Source of the DNA: Diplonema japonicum
Lineage: Eukaryota; Protista; Euglenozoa: Diplonemea
Assembly (NCBI GenBank): GCA_964019335.1
Contig: OZ025721.1
Coordinates: 248,001 to 312,000 of the forward strand
Direction: 5' to 3'
Length of the DNA stretch: 64,000 nt
The notes under the pieces are model-generated. The model did no database searches. It was not told the DNA's origin and saw only the letters and a program-made list of their open reading frames with translations. Made by a program: the position numbers and the translations under genes. Below, in pieces: positions 9,090 through 20,353 of the stretch. Each line of letters opens with the position of its first letter. Positions within the stretch are counted from its first letter, which is position 1.

Positions 9090-11732
9090 ATGTTCCCTGC
9101 TGTTGAGCACAACCGAGGAGGGAGGAAAAAGTTGGCGATGATGAGATCGAGCGCAACGATTATCACGTCAGGATTGGAAAGCAGGCAGAAGAAAGGCCTT
9201 GACGATCTGGCTGGGGGTGGAGAAGGGTTTGAAAACTGGCTCGAAAGCGGGGACATCAGCGTTGAAATGAAAGACTGGGCAAGCGAGTGGTCAGCCGCTT
9301 ACCTTGACACCCTGCAAGACGATCGTGTGTCCTCTGTCACTGCTGCGTGGGAAGTACTTTCTCATGCAAGAACAGTGACCCGACATCTTGGGTCCCCAAA
9401 TCCTGTCCTGACCTCTGTTTGCTGCATGTTGCTTGAATATTTATCCCCGGTAGGCATACCGCCCCAGCTGTACGCCTCGGCTCGAAACCACCTTGTTTCG
9501 TCAGTTTATATTAACAACAATGAAATCCTTGAGATGCTCAAAACCGAGCGAGAGCTCCCCCTGAAGAAACAGACTTATAACTGTTCCTTGAAGTGGTACT
9601 ACCGAAAAGAGCAGCTCGCGAACCTAAAGGGCCTCCGCAGGGAGCCGTTCCGAAATATCTTCAACCCCGAACCGTCGGATTTCTTCCGGAAATACTTGAT
9701 CAGGGTGCCGTGCTTTGAGCAGTATTTCCGGACGGAATACCACTATGAGGATTTCGCAGAGAAGCGGCAAGCTGCACTGCTGTCGTTCAGGAACAAGCTT
9801 CAGATCTTGGACAGAGGTTGCAAAAAATGGCAGAAATTTTTGACCGGGATTTTTTTCAAAGCCTGGCAGCGTGCAGCGGTGAACATCAAACGAAAAGGGA
9901 ACGTGTTACTCCAGAAATATGCCCGAAAAAGGAACCAAAGGATAATGCGAACATATCTGTCTTCGTTGAGGATCCTGTGCATGAAGTTGAAAATGACCAG
10001 GCGGCAAGCAAAGGCGCGGGAAACAATCATGGAGCTGACCGAACTCTGCCACGGAAACGACCAGAAGCTGCATTTAACAGAAGAGCTGAACACAGAGCTT
10101 CAAGCGAAGGTTTCCCGTTCCGTGTCGGATTTCAACGACACAACGACTGAGAAGACACAGGAAATCGGCAGACTTGAAACGCTCATGTGCGAAAACTCTC
10201 GTTGGGAATCGACCATACAACGGTATATTTCCCGACTGGGCTCGCTTCCGTCTGACCTCTATTCTTCCGACAACGTACGAGACGGCCGGCATCAAGCTGA
10301 AACCACATTGCTCCCATGGGTGGCATCAGTCACACTTGGCAGGACCCCAAAGGATTTCTCCTCAGACTGGAGGGATGGGTCGATGTTTCTGGAACTTCTC
10401 AGTGCATTGGTGCAGCAACAGGTTCAGTTCCCGGACGACGAGGTTAAAGCTGTTGAGCTTGCTGGGGAGATGCTACGCGGGCTCTCCATCGACGTCTCGC
10501 CAAGGTTCATCCACGAAGGCAAGTCAGACATCATCGTCTGCGTTCTGTACAGATTGTGGTGCAGATTTTTTTCGCTGCCAAGGTTCACATTCAAATCAAA
10601 GGCGTCCGTGAAGTCTCCTCGAAAGAGGGAGTTTCCCGAAATTGAAGAAGAGCTGCAATATTACTACACCAGAGTCAAGACATGTCTGGTATCAAAGGAT
10701 GTTTTATCAGGGTACTGCACTGAGCTGTTGATCCGCCGTTCACATGGGACCCCCGGAGAGGTGCTCACTACGAAGGAAATCGATGCGATATCCACGACGA
10801 CAGGGAGTTTTTGCAGCTTCGGGTACGACAGCCTCGTGCCGTGGCCGTGCAGCGAAACCGATCTTCCTCTCAACGAGTTCTACACGGTGCAAAGCGTCAT
10901 CAAGAAATACTACAGCGAACTGGGTAAGATCTTCAGGGAATATTCTACAAAGCTGCCCACGTACTTGATGGGCTACGGGAAATACATGAGGTTTTTGATG
11001 GATTGCAAGCTCATAACGAACCAGTTCCGGAAGCAGCACGCCGCGAAGCTGTTTGCGAGGATCTCACACCATGCTCAAGACGGCACAGGGGGCGACGAAG
11101 TTATCACAAGTGAAATGAGGTTCACGGGGACCGAGTTCGTGCGGATGTTGATACATATTTCAGTCGGCAAGACGAAGGATGAGAAGAAGCTTCGGGGTAA
11201 ACGGATTTCCACCGTCCTCGATAACCTTATTGTCCACGATGTACTCCCACAGGCGGGGCTGGTGAAGGTGAACGATTTCCGAAAACTGATATGGGACGAC
11301 ACAGTACAGGATGTGTTGTCGGTGTTCCAGAAGGAGCTGACAACGATTTTCAAGATTTCAACCTGTCGCGATGCAGAAGCCCAGCAAGCTGCGAAGAAAA
11401 ACAGGAAACAACCGACTACCATGGACCCGAACACTCTCTCCCCAGAGGAATGGCGTCTCCTCCTCACCTCGTTCTCTCTCCTTGACACCACCTTTACTCC
11501 AAGACAAGCCGACGTAATTTTCCGTCATTTTCAGCAAGATGACTCTGCCAAGGATCCTTGCCTTGTCTACTGTGAGTTTGAAGATGCTATGTGCTGCGTG
11601 GCAATGTATAAGTACCCTAACCCGTACATTACGCTGCCCACCAAGGTCAAATCCTTTCTGACAACATTGAGCTGTCAGCTGCCAGCCTTTGTGGAAGAAG
11701 CTTCTGTCGTGCACAAAAGGAAACAGAAATGA
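9090..11732 (+). CDS. Diverged tandem paralog of the preceding CH-domain protein
   Basis: PNPVLTSVCCMLLE versus PNPLRTAVCCMLLD; CH-like LLPWV..KDFSSDWRDG; similar EF-hand-like helical C-terminus. Confidence 0.75.
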   Translation: MFPAVEHNRGGRKKLAMMRSSATIITSGLESRQKKGLDDLAGGGEGFENWLESGDISVEMKDWASEWSAAYLDTLQDDRVSSVTAAWEVLSHARTVTRHLGSPNPVLTSVCCMLLEYLSPVGIPPQLYASARNHLVSSVYINNNEILEMLKTERELPLKKQTYNCSLKWYYRKEQLANLKGLRREPFRNIFNPEPSDFFRKYLIRVPCFEQYFRTEYHYEDFAEKRQAALLSFRNKLQILDRGCKKWQKFLTGIFFKAWQRAAVNIKRKGNVLLQKYARKRNQRIMRTYLSSLRILCMKLKMTRRQAKARETIMELTELCHGNDQKLHLTEELNTELQAKVSRSVSDFNDTTTEKTQEIGRLETLMCENSRWESTIQRYISRLGSLPSDLYSSDNVRDGRHQAETTLLPWVASVTLGRTPKDFSSDWRDGSMFLELLSALVQQQVQFPDDEVKAVELAGEMLRGLSIDVSPRFIHEGKSDIIVCVLYRLWCRFFSLPRFTFKSKASVKSPRKREFPEIEEELQYYYTRVKTCLVSKDVLSGYCTELLIRRSHGTPGEVLTTKEIDAISTTTGSFCSFGYDSLVPWPCSETDLPLNEFYTVQSVIKKYYSELGKIFREYSTKLPTYLMGYGKYMRFLMDCKLITNQFRKQHAAKLFARISHHAQDGTGGDEVITSEMRFTGTEFVRMLIHISVGKTKDEKKLRGKRISTVLDNLIVHDVLPQAGLVKVNDFRKLIWDDTVQDVLSVFQKELTTIFKISTCRDAEAQQAAKKNRKQPTTMDPNTLSPEEWRLLLTSFSLLDTTFTPRQADVIFRHFQQDDSAKDPCLVYCEFEDAMCCVAMYKYPNPYITLPTKVKSFLTTLSCQLPAFVEEASVVHKRKQK

Positions 11733-12171
11733 GATGCGCCATTGTCCTTTTTCTAAGGGACACAATTTTTACTTTCTAGTACTCGGTTCGATTCCGATCT
11801 TTGATCTCTGCGTTTTCTTTTTAAAACATGCAACGGAAATTGGGTGCCAAACCAGCTTCGGCATTCCCATGTTTTTTTATTTCTCGGCTTAGCCCGTCAT
11901 CCGATCCGGCGGTATCGGTCTCTCTCCACATTTCTGCTTTTGCGTGTGTTGTTTGCTCGTATGGACAAACACCTTTGTCGCCGGACAACCAATAAAAATG
12001 CCAGTTGCCAATAAAAGACCGTGAAAATTTAAAGTTATGGAGGGTGTCTCCATGCACCTGTCTTTGCACGTTTCATGTGTGTCTCAACACTAATCTGGAT
12101 TAGAGAATTGGGGAAAAAAAAAAAGAAAGAAAAAACACTACAGGAACCGAAAGGGGAATAAAAAAAAAAAA

Positions 12172-15100
12172 ATGCAGGATATCGAGGAATCGAGCAAGAA
12201 TGGGTTCAAACCGATCTCGAGCCCAGTCTCCAAGATGCCTGACCACTCTGAAGTCGTGGTGATCGGGTCTGGGTACGGTGGTGGGGTTGCTGCCTCCAGA
12301 CTTGCAAGAGGCGGTAAAGAGGTCTGCCTGCTGGAGAGGGGGAAGGAGATTCTGCCCGGAGACTTCCCGAAGACTCTTGTCGAAGGAGCGGAACAAATGC
12401 AGGTGGACACCAACTGTGGGAAAGTGGGGAACACCACTGGCCTATACAACCTGCACACCGGAAACGGCCAAGACGTCATGGTGGGCTGTGGCCTTGGCGG
12501 GACTTCCCTCATCAACGCCAACGTGTCGCTGAAAGCAACGCCTGACGTCTTCCAGAACGGCAGCTGGCCAGCAGGGCTCCGCGGTGATTCTGACGATGGC
12601 CTCAAGAGAGGTTACGATCGCGCCCATGCGATGCTGAAGCCGAACGAATACCCTGACACATATCCCCCTCTTGCAAAAGCAGAGGCACACCTTAAGAGTG
12701 CTCGTTTCATGGGCCAGGAAGAGAACTACAAGAAGACCCCTATCAATGTGACCTTCGCGACTCCCTCTTCGGGTGTCAACCACGTCGGGGTCCCTCAGGT
12801 CGCATGCAACAACTGTGGCGACTGCTGCTCCGGTTGCAACGTGGGCGCCAAGAACACGACACAGATGAATTACTTGCCAGACGCCTTCAACCACGGCGCC
12901 CTCATCTTCTGCGAAGTGCACGTGGAGTACATTGAGAAGAACCCTGACACCTCAAAAGGGTGGCTCGTGCACTACACCCTAGCCCACACGGGGAGCGACA
13001 AGTTCTCGGCACCAACTATCACCATGTCCGCCGACATCATCGTTGTAGCAGCAGGGACCCTGGGCAGCAACGAGATCATGCTCCGCTCGAAGGAGAAGGG
13101 CCTCACCATGAGCAGCATGCTCGGCAAGCACTTCAGTGGGAACGGCGACGTCCTTGGATTCGGGTACAACTGCGAAGACGAGATCAACGGGATCGGGTAC
13201 GGCTCCCACGACCCCAAGGGGCTGAAGCCCTGTGGGCCATGCATTACCTCTGTCATCGACTCGCGTGTGCCGGGGGGGGACAACATGGTTCTCGAAGAAG
13301 GAAACATCCCCGGGCCCATTGGAATGATGATGGCTCCCACATTTGCCATCGCGAGCAAATTGCACGGCATAAACACCGTCGGTGGGATACGTGACTTCGC
13401 TCAGAAGTGGAGCCGGCAGAACCTGGCGATGCCGCCCTATCACGGTTCCATGAACCACACGCAGACATACCTCGTGATGAGCCACGACGACGGTGAGGGC
13501 GTGCTGAGCATGGAGGACAACCGTCTGCAGATCAACTACCCAAAGGTAGGGGAGCAGCAGAACTTCGTACAGGGCAAAGAGAACATGAGGAAGGCAACGG
13601 AGGGTTTGAAGGGGACCTTCGTGAACGACCCCTTGATGTTCAAGAACGACGTGATCTCGGTGCACCCCTTGGGCGGCTGCTGCATGTCCGACGATGCGTC
13701 GAAAGGTGTTGTCGACCACAAGGGAAGGGTCTTCTCGGGCACGAACGGCCAGGATGTGCACGAGGGGTTGTATGTGTGCGATGGCTCAGTCATCCCCACA
13801 TCACTTGCTGTGAACCCTCTGCTCACGATCACCGCCGTCGCTGAGCGTACCATGGAGCTGATGGCTAAGGACTACAAGTTCACGATTCCCTACGACCTGC
13901 CGTCTGCCACCATGCGCCCGCACTACACCCCAAAGCTGGGAGTTGAGTTCACTGAGACGATGAAGGGGAGGCTGCTGGCGTTGACCGACAAAAACACGAC
14001 AGCCGAGGCATTCGAGGAGGCAGAGAAGGAAGACACTGACCCTGTCGAGTTCACACTCACCATCAGAAGCGAAGACCTCGATGAGATGCTGACGTCCCCC
14101 GCCCACTGTGCCTCTATCATCGGAACAGTGACGTGCCATGCCATCGATTCCGAGCCTCTCACCGTCGTGCAAGGTGTCTTCAAGCTCTTTGTCGAGGATC
14201 CTTCGCAGCCCAACACCAAACTCATGGTCTACTCCATGCCCATGTACAGCATGTCCGGGAAGGCATACTACTTCTATGGGTACAAAGTGGTGAAGGACAA
14301 CCCCAACCCGCTGAAAATTTGGCACGACACATCGACCCTCTACGTCAGCGTCCATGCTGGTGCCTCCTCCGAAGGTGACACCCTCTTCAAGGGTGTAATG
14401 CACATCGAGAAGATGGACTTCGTGAAGCAGCTGACCACGATGAAAGCAATAAACTCCAAGAGCAAGTTTGAAAGCCTCAACGCCCTCGCTAGGTTCGGTG
14501 CCCACTTCGCAGGTGTTCTGTGGGACAGCTACGGTGGTGTGCTGGTCAGGTCGCAACTGCACAACCCGAACGCACCGGACAGGGAAATGAGGAATCTTAA
14601 GGTGTGCAAACCGCAGTTCTACCACTTCGACACGGAGGACCAGGTAACACTGCGCCTCACCCGCTACCAGGGCGGGAAGAAGGGCCCGGTGATGCTGGTG
14701 CACGGGCTGGGGGTGAGCTCCAAGATCTTCTCAACAGACCTTATCGACAAGAACATGCTGGAGTACCTCTACGAGAACCAGTACGACGTGTGGCTGATAG
14801 ACTTCAGGGTGAGCATCCTACTGCCCGCCTCGGAAAAACAGTCAACTGGCGACCAAGTGGCTAAGTACGACTACCCTGCAGCAGTGAAAGTGATACAAAA
14901 AGAAACCGGAGCGGAATCGATCCAAGCAGTCGTGCACTGCTGGGGCGCGTCGACATTCTTCATGTCGATGCTGTCCGGACTGAAGGGGATCAGGTCCATC
15001 GTGTGCTCGCAAATCGCGACGCAAATCGCCACAACATACACAACACTCCTGAAGAGCAAGCTACAGATGCCAAGATTGTTCGAAGCCGCGGGTGTGGAGT

Positions 15101-15624
15101 CTATGAACGTTTATGTAGACAGCACTGAAGGTGTTTTAGGCCGTGTTGCTGACAAAGGTCTGTCTGTGTACTCCATGTTTGAAGCGCAAGGGCAGTGCAA
15201 CAGCAGCGTGTGCCACCGTGTTACGTACACCTATGCCTCTTTGTACAATCATGAGAAGCTGAATCAACTTCTGCATGAAAACCTGCACGAGCTGTTTGCG
15301 GATGCGAATATTACGGCTTTTGAGCATCTTTCTATGTTGGTCCGCAAGGGCCACCTCGTCAGTGCTGGTGGGGAGGATAAATATATGATGGGTCTTCACC
15401 ACCTCGAGCATGTTCCCATCCTCTTCATCAGCGGTGAGGAGAACCAATGCTTCCTGCCAGAGTCCACCAAAAAGACGTATGACAGTTTGTGTGCAGCATA
15501 CAATCCGGGTTTGTACTCACGCAAAGTTATTCCTGGTTATGGTCACATTGATTGCATTTTTGGTAGGGATGCCGCTACTGATGTATTCCCTTATATTGTG
15601 GAGCATCTAGACAAGACTGCTTAG
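12172..15624 (+). CDS. GMC oxidoreductase (cholesterol oxidase-like) fused to a C-terminal alpha/beta hydrolase
   Basis: VVIGSGYGG FAD motif, LLERG, GCGLGGTSLINANV, CNNCGDCCSGC, VHPLGGC, VNPLLTITAVAER. Hydrolase motifs LVHGLG, HCWG, GYGHID. Intronless. Confidence 0.9.
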   Translation: MQDIEESSKNGFKPISSPVSKMPDHSEVVVIGSGYGGGVAASRLARGGKEVCLLERGKEILPGDFPKTLVEGAEQMQVDTNCGKVGNTTGLYNLHTGNGQDVMVGCGLGGTSLINANVSLKATPDVFQNGSWPAGLRGDSDDGLKRGYDRAHAMLKPNEYPDTYPPLAKAEAHLKSARFMGQEENYKKTPINVTFATPSSGVNHVGVPQVACNNCGDCCSGCNVGAKNTTQMNYLPDAFNHGALIFCEVHVEYIEKNPDTSKGWLVHYTLAHTGSDKFSAPTITMSADIIVVAAGTLGSNEIMLRSKEKGLTMSSMLGKHFSGNGDVLGFGYNCEDEINGIGYGSHDPKGLKPCGPCITSVIDSRVPGGDNMVLEEGNIPGPIGMMMAPTFAIASKLHGINTVGGIRDFAQKWSRQNLAMPPYHGSMNHTQTYLVMSHDDGEGVLSMEDNRLQINYPKVGEQQNFVQGKENMRKATEGLKGTFVNDPLMFKNDVISVHPLGGCCMSDDASKGVVDHKGRVFSGTNGQDVHEGLYVCDGSVIPTSLAVNPLLTITAVAERTMELMAKDYKFTIPYDLPSATMRPHYTPKLGVEFTETMKGRLLALTDKNTTAEAFEEAEKEDTDPVEFTLTIRSEDLDEMLTSPAHCASIIGTVTCHAIDSEPLTVVQGVFKLFVEDPSQPNTKLMVYSMPMYSMSGKAYYFYGYKVVKDNPNPLKIWHDTSTLYVSVHAGASSEGDTLFKGVMHIEKMDFVKQLTTMKAINSKSKFESLNALARFGAHFAGVLWDSYGGVLVRSQLHNPNAPDREMRNLKVCKPQFYHFDTEDQVTLRLTRYQGGKKGPVMLVHGLGVSSKIFSTDLIDKNMLEYLYENQYDVWLIDFRVSILLPASEKQSTGDQVAKYDYPAAVKVIQKETGAESIQAVVHCWGASTFFMSMLSGLKGIRSIVCSQIATQIATTYTTLLKSKLQMPRLFEAAGVESMNVYVDSTEGVLGRVADKGLSVYSMFEAQGQCNSSVCHRVTYTYASLYNHEKLNQLLHENLHELFADANITAFEHLSMLVRKGHLVSAGGEDKYMMGLHHLEHVPILFISGEENQCFLPESTKKTYDSLCAAYNPGLYSRKVIPGYGHIDCIFGRDAATDVFPYIVEHLDKTA

Positions 15625-16001
15625 GTTTTCTCTCTCTCTTTATGTTGAAAGCGAACGATATCTGTATAACAATACTTGGTTCTGTAACCCCCCTTCCTTT
15701 CTCTCCTCGGGGGGGAGGCTGACCTTTTAGTTATTTCATATTTCTTTCTTTTTTTTTTTTTTTAAGGCGGTTATCGCTCGCTTTTTCTCTCTCATTTCTT
15801 TTTTTTTTTTTTTTTTATATTATTTCTCCCCCCTTTCCCCCCGTTTCCAGGCTCTTTTTTTTCTTTTTTAAATTTGTATCCCTCTCTCAGTAAGCATTCT
15901 TTACGTCTTTAGCGTGGGCTTCAGACGGTTTACTTAAAAACTTCTTGGAAGAGAAACTTAAGAACAAGGCGATTACACCTTGTTCCTTTCTTTCTTTTTT
16001 T

Positions 16002-16036
16002 AGGCGATCCTGTCACATACTGCAGGTTCCCTTCAA
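16002..16036 (+). repeat. Short dispersed intergenic repeat, copy 2
   Basis: Matches 4885-4917. Confidence 0.7.
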
Positions 16037-16571
16037 AGATATCTTTTTTTTTTTTTTTTCCTTTTTTTCCCTCTTTTTTTCTTGTACCAAATATTCATTT
16101 TTAGAAGAAAAAAAAAAGACTTTGTAATTATATGTGCCGAGCAAATCAAAATTCGCAGCATTTTCAACATATTTTTTGCTCGTGCGAACGACAAAGACAT
16201 ATAGATACAAAGGATTAATTTTTTTTCCCCCTCCAGTTGGAGGACGAAAGAAAGAGAAGAAAATCTCGTAAAATAATTTAATTCTTACTCTTTTTTTCTT
16301 TTCTTTTTTCTTTTTTTTTTTTTTTTTTTTTTTGCTCTTTTTCTTTTGCTCTTTTTTCCCCCTCGCCTTTCACTTCTCTTTCTTTTCTTTTTTTTCCGTT
16401 TCTTTTTTTTTTTTTTTCTCCTAGAATACGAAAAAAAGAAAAATAAAACGCTCCCCCCAGATCTCGCCCCGTTGATTCCTTTTACTGCCGCTCTCTTTTT
16501 CCATTTTCTCTGTTTCTATTCTTCCCACAACACACACAAACACACACAGGTTTTTTTCTTCTTCTGTTCAA

Positions 16572-18290
16572 ATGATTCCAACGATTCAATCAGTACTCAT
16601 AATACTGGCGGGTCTGGCAAGCACAGCGTCAGCAGGTGCTGTGCTGGACCATGTCAGCTCCGTGTCTTTGGGACAGTCACACAGGAGCTTTGATGTCATA
16701 AAAGAAGGGAACTACGTTTACGTGTTGGACATCTCCCGCACAGTCCACATCTTCGACGTCGCCGACCTGCAGAACCCTGTCCTTGCCAATTTGTGGACCA
16801 TCGGGGGGGCCAACACCGAACCAGTCGTGGGCATGATGATCGATGGCGGGATGATGTACCTCGCCTTCCGTTCGAAGGTCGCCTCGTACTCTCTTGCGAA
16901 CCCGACGAACCCTACCCTGGTCAGCAGTGTGAACCACCCAGGGGGGCTCCTCAACAAGGCCCCTGGGGCGTACGCCCAGTCTCAGGGACACATCTTCGTC
17001 ATTGCCTTCGCTGGGGGGCAACGCAAGGTTTTCTCCTTCTCCAAGGGACCCACCCTTGCCTATGCCGGGCAGGTCAGCATCGGCCCTTACTGGTTCAACA
17101 TCCATCTTCTCCACCACAACGGTCTGCTGTACGCCATGACTCGTTACGACACGATCCATGTTGTCGATGTGTCGGACCCCACGAACCCCACGCTGAGCCT
17201 CTCCTTCCCCACCTTCACGAACGGTCAGCTCATCAACTGCAAAGGTGTCTACCACAATGGGTACTTGTACTACGTGGTCGGCGACTGGCAGAACTCGCAG
17301 ATTATGAAGTTCGACGCCGCCACTGGTGTGAGGCAGCCCCTCGTCCTTCCTTCGCCCCTTCGCATGCAGGACCAGACGTCGTGTGGTGATATCCTGTTCC
17401 ACAACTCCAAGATGTACCTGTCCTGCACCTCTCGGGGTATGATCACAGCGGAGGAGACCACCCCCAACACCATCACGATCCTTGACTACGAGACCACCAG
17501 CAGGCCGTGGAGGACAATTTATGAGAACGGGCACTTCTATGTCGGCGACCTTACAACCTCCCCTCCTGCCACCTTCCACATCTACGAGTGGGCGAACCCC
17601 GTTGTCCCTCCTGTTGCCACCCCCATGCTCCCGCCTGTGGAGCAGAAGATCGTGGAGCTGATTGGGGGAGTCGACCCTGTGGTCGATGAAACAGTGGGGG
17701 TGTCGGCAGAGGTGGGGGCAAACGGGCAGAAGTGGGTCGGGATCCCGGCATGGCTGCAAGGGGCGTCGCATGGGGTGCACATGGGAGCACACGGCAAGGC
17801 GGGGACCATGTCTCTTCGAATGACCTGCCCGTCTGGCAACGACCCGTGCACGTTCCACGTGGTGCTGCACAACTGCCCTCCCTGCAGCACGGGTTTGAAC
17901 GGCGGGCTCCCGAACGGGCTGCTTGCGGAGGGGTTCGAGGCGGGGAGCTGCGGGCCTCGGTACAGCCCGACCTTTGCAGGGGCAGGATCGAGGCTTGCGA
18001 CAGCGACGTTCAAGTTGGAGGTCGGGGCAGGGGCCCAGCCTGTGGACGTCCCCCTCACGAAGGACCTCCTCCACTTTGCGGTGTTCGTGCAGATCGGCGG
18101 GCAGTGCTCCACGAAGCAAGATGCGGCAGCATGCGCCCTCTCCCCTCAACAGTGCAGTTTTGACCCGGTCAAGGGCTGTGTCGATAAGCCCATGTGCCAC
18201 AGAGCAACAGGCCCCAATGCGGCCTCTCCCGTCGATCCAAGCGTCGGGTCTGGTGTCACCTGTCCTTGTTTTGTGGCGCCTTCCTTTTAG
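16572..18290 (+). CDS. Secreted LVIVD-repeat (beta-propeller) protein with a Cys-rich C-terminal domain
   Basis: N-terminal signal peptide; repeats HIFDVADLQNPVL, SYSLANPTNPTL, HVVDVSDPTNPTL; Pro-rich linker; Cys-rich tail. Confidence 0.75.
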   Translation: MIPTIQSVLIILAGLASTASAGAVLDHVSSVSLGQSHRSFDVIKEGNYVYVLDISRTVHIFDVADLQNPVLANLWTIGGANTEPVVGMMIDGGMMYLAFRSKVASYSLANPTNPTLVSSVNHPGGLLNKAPGAYAQSQGHIFVIAFAGGQRKVFSFSKGPTLAYAGQVSIGPYWFNIHLLHHNGLLYAMTRYDTIHVVDVSDPTNPTLSLSFPTFTNGQLINCKGVYHNGYLYYVVGDWQNSQIMKFDAATGVRQPLVLPSPLRMQDQTSCGDILFHNSKMYLSCTSRGMITAEETTPNTITILDYETTSRPWRTIYENGHFYVGDLTTSPPATFHIYEWANPVVPPVATPMLPPVEQKIVELIGGVDPVVDETVGVSAEVGANGQKWVGIPAWLQGASHGVHMGAHGKAGTMSLRMTCPSGNDPCTFHVVLHNCPPCSTGLNGGLPNGLLAEGFEAGSCGPRYSPTFAGAGSRLATATFKLEVGAGAQPVDVPLTKDLLHFAVFVQIGGQCSTKQDAAACALSPQQCSFDPVKGCVDKPMCHRATGPNAASPVDPSVGSGVTCPCFVAPSF

Positions 18291-19158
18291 ATGTTTCTTC
18301 TTTTTTTTTTCTTCTCTTTACTTAAATAGGTTTCCTCTCTTTTTATTTTTATTTTTTAAAAATACTTTTATCTTTATTATTATTATTATTCCTCGGGACC
18401 GTTAACTTTTGTTCTCCGTACCTTTGAAAAAGAAATTGGTATTATTACTGCGGGAGTGCCCAAGCAATGCTCCCGGCAAAGAAGCTTGTTGTTAGCAACA
18501 CCCTTGTCTTTTCTTTTCTTTTCTCTCTTTGTGTTTTCTATGCTTTTTTTATTTTTTTAGTGAATTTTTTTTTATTTTCCCGCTAGTTCAGTGGAAGTCG
18601 CTTTTATCATTTCATTTCCCCCTTTCATAGAATTCCTTTTCTGAAAGGGGAATAAAGAAAGACGCCTCTGAGATAGATGGTGTTATAAAAGTGAACAAGA
18701 AGAAGAGAAAAAAAGAAGAAAAGAGAAGAGAAAAAAAAAAGTCCCATCTTTTTTTTCTTCTCTTTCTCTCTCCCTCTCTCTTTTTTTTTCCTTCTTTTTT
18801 ACTACGAAACTTACTGAAACTGCGGGTGGGGGAAAAAAAAAATTAACTCTCCTATTTATGAAAACAACTTTTATGCAAAAAAAAAAAAAAAAAAAAAAAA
18901 ACCTCTGGGAAAGCAAGCGAGAGGGGCGAGGGAAATAAAACTTTTCCCCCGTTCCCCTTTTACTCCTCGCCCGTGGACGATTGCATAAAAAAAAAAAAAA
19001 AAAAAAAAGAAAAAACCCCCTCTACTTTTTTTTTTCTTTCTTTCTTGTTCTTCCCCCTTCTTACTCTCGGATATTCTTCTTTCTTTTTCTTTTTTCTTCA
19101 CTATTCTATCAACACAAAGAGGGGGAAGTGGGGAAAAAGAAAATTAGAAAAAAAAGAA

Positions 19159-19964
19159 ATGGAACGGAAAAGAGCCACCTTGGACAGCGAAGAAGAGAGT
19201 GCAGAAGAAAGCGAACCGACGCCAACACACGAGAGCGCAGCAGAACCGATAAACCAAGACAAGAGGTTTCTCACCATCGCCCTGCCGAAGCTGACCTTGG
19301 ACGAGGTGTGGGAACGAGAGCTGGACGATGTCCTAGGAAGCGGTCAGGGATCACGGATCCATTTCAACAATAGAAGAGGTACAGGCGGCACGATGCACTA
19401 CGCCACTGTGGCTTATGACCAAGAGGGCGTCGCAGGGAAAATCGCAAACAGAAGCGGGGAAATGAGCTACGGGGGGAAAAAAATGGTTCTCGCAACATGC
19501 ACAGATGCAAGCGATCCCACAGAGGTTGAGATTCTGAACCTCGACCTTCCCAAGCACGAGCTTCTCAGGCAGCTCTCCCTCCTCGGCTCCATTGTTGCGC
19601 ACCGTTTCGCCGAACGGCAGCTCAAAGCCACGCTCGTTTACGCCACCCGCTCCGGGGCGTTAAAATCCCTTCAGTTCAACGGGAAGGCTTTCAAAGGCCA
19701 AACAGTGTCCGTTCGCCTTCTCCCTAAACACAACGAGGCTGTGCCGCCAGTAGTAACGACACCACCCACACCACCACCCGTGCGGCCTGCGAAGCGAGCT
19801 GTGCAACGCAGAAAAGTCCCCAAACAGCTCATTTACCAGTACTTAACGGATGATATTAAGGACAAGGTGGTGTCCTTGAGGAAGAACAAGGAGAAGGTGA
19901 TGAGCAACCTGAAAATCATAAAGAGGGAAATAAAGGCGCAAGACATGTTGGGGAGCAAGCAGGT

Positions 19965-19995
<31 letters not shown>

Positions 19996-20001
19996 TTTTT
20001 T

Positions 20002-20041
<40 letters not shown>

Positions 20042-20109
20042 GCAAAGAAAATGGCTGTTCTGACCGAGGAAACAGAGCGACTTACACAAAAACGTGCTAA
20101 GGTAAAAAA

Positions 20110-20147
<38 letters not shown>

Positions 20148-20236
20148 CTCAGATCAGAAAAGCACTCATCAAATTATGCAAATCCAGCAGAGAAAAGGTA
20201 AAGGACGCCATGCAGGGAAAGATCCGAACGGAGTAA
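19159..20236 (+). CDS. Degenerate RRM protein with a C-terminal coiled coil; introns 19963-20038 and 20102-20152
   Basis: RRM-like ATLVYATRSGALKSLQFNGKAFKGQTVSV. The spliced frame GSKQ|DAKKMAV..KRAK|IRKAL..RTE* is continuous. Confidence 0.7.
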
Positions 20237-20353
20237 TAAAAAAAGGGGGAGGGGGAGGGGGGAAAAAAAAGAAAATCAAACAGGGGATGGATGTGTATTT
20301 CTCTCCCCCCCCCTTTTTTTTTCTTTAGTTCACCCCGCTCCAAAAACTTTTAG

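Noticed and set aside
11783-11797. Perfect B-box GGTTCGATTCC (and a similar one near 30699)
   Set aside because: No A-box or cloverleaf; cannot call a tRNA or Pol III gene.
16677-18200. 507-aa minus-strand ORF and other long antisense ORFs (36-938, 13801-14703, 41075-41803, 50729-51799)
   Set aside because: Shadows of GC3-rich sense genes or LINE ORFs with no domain motifs.
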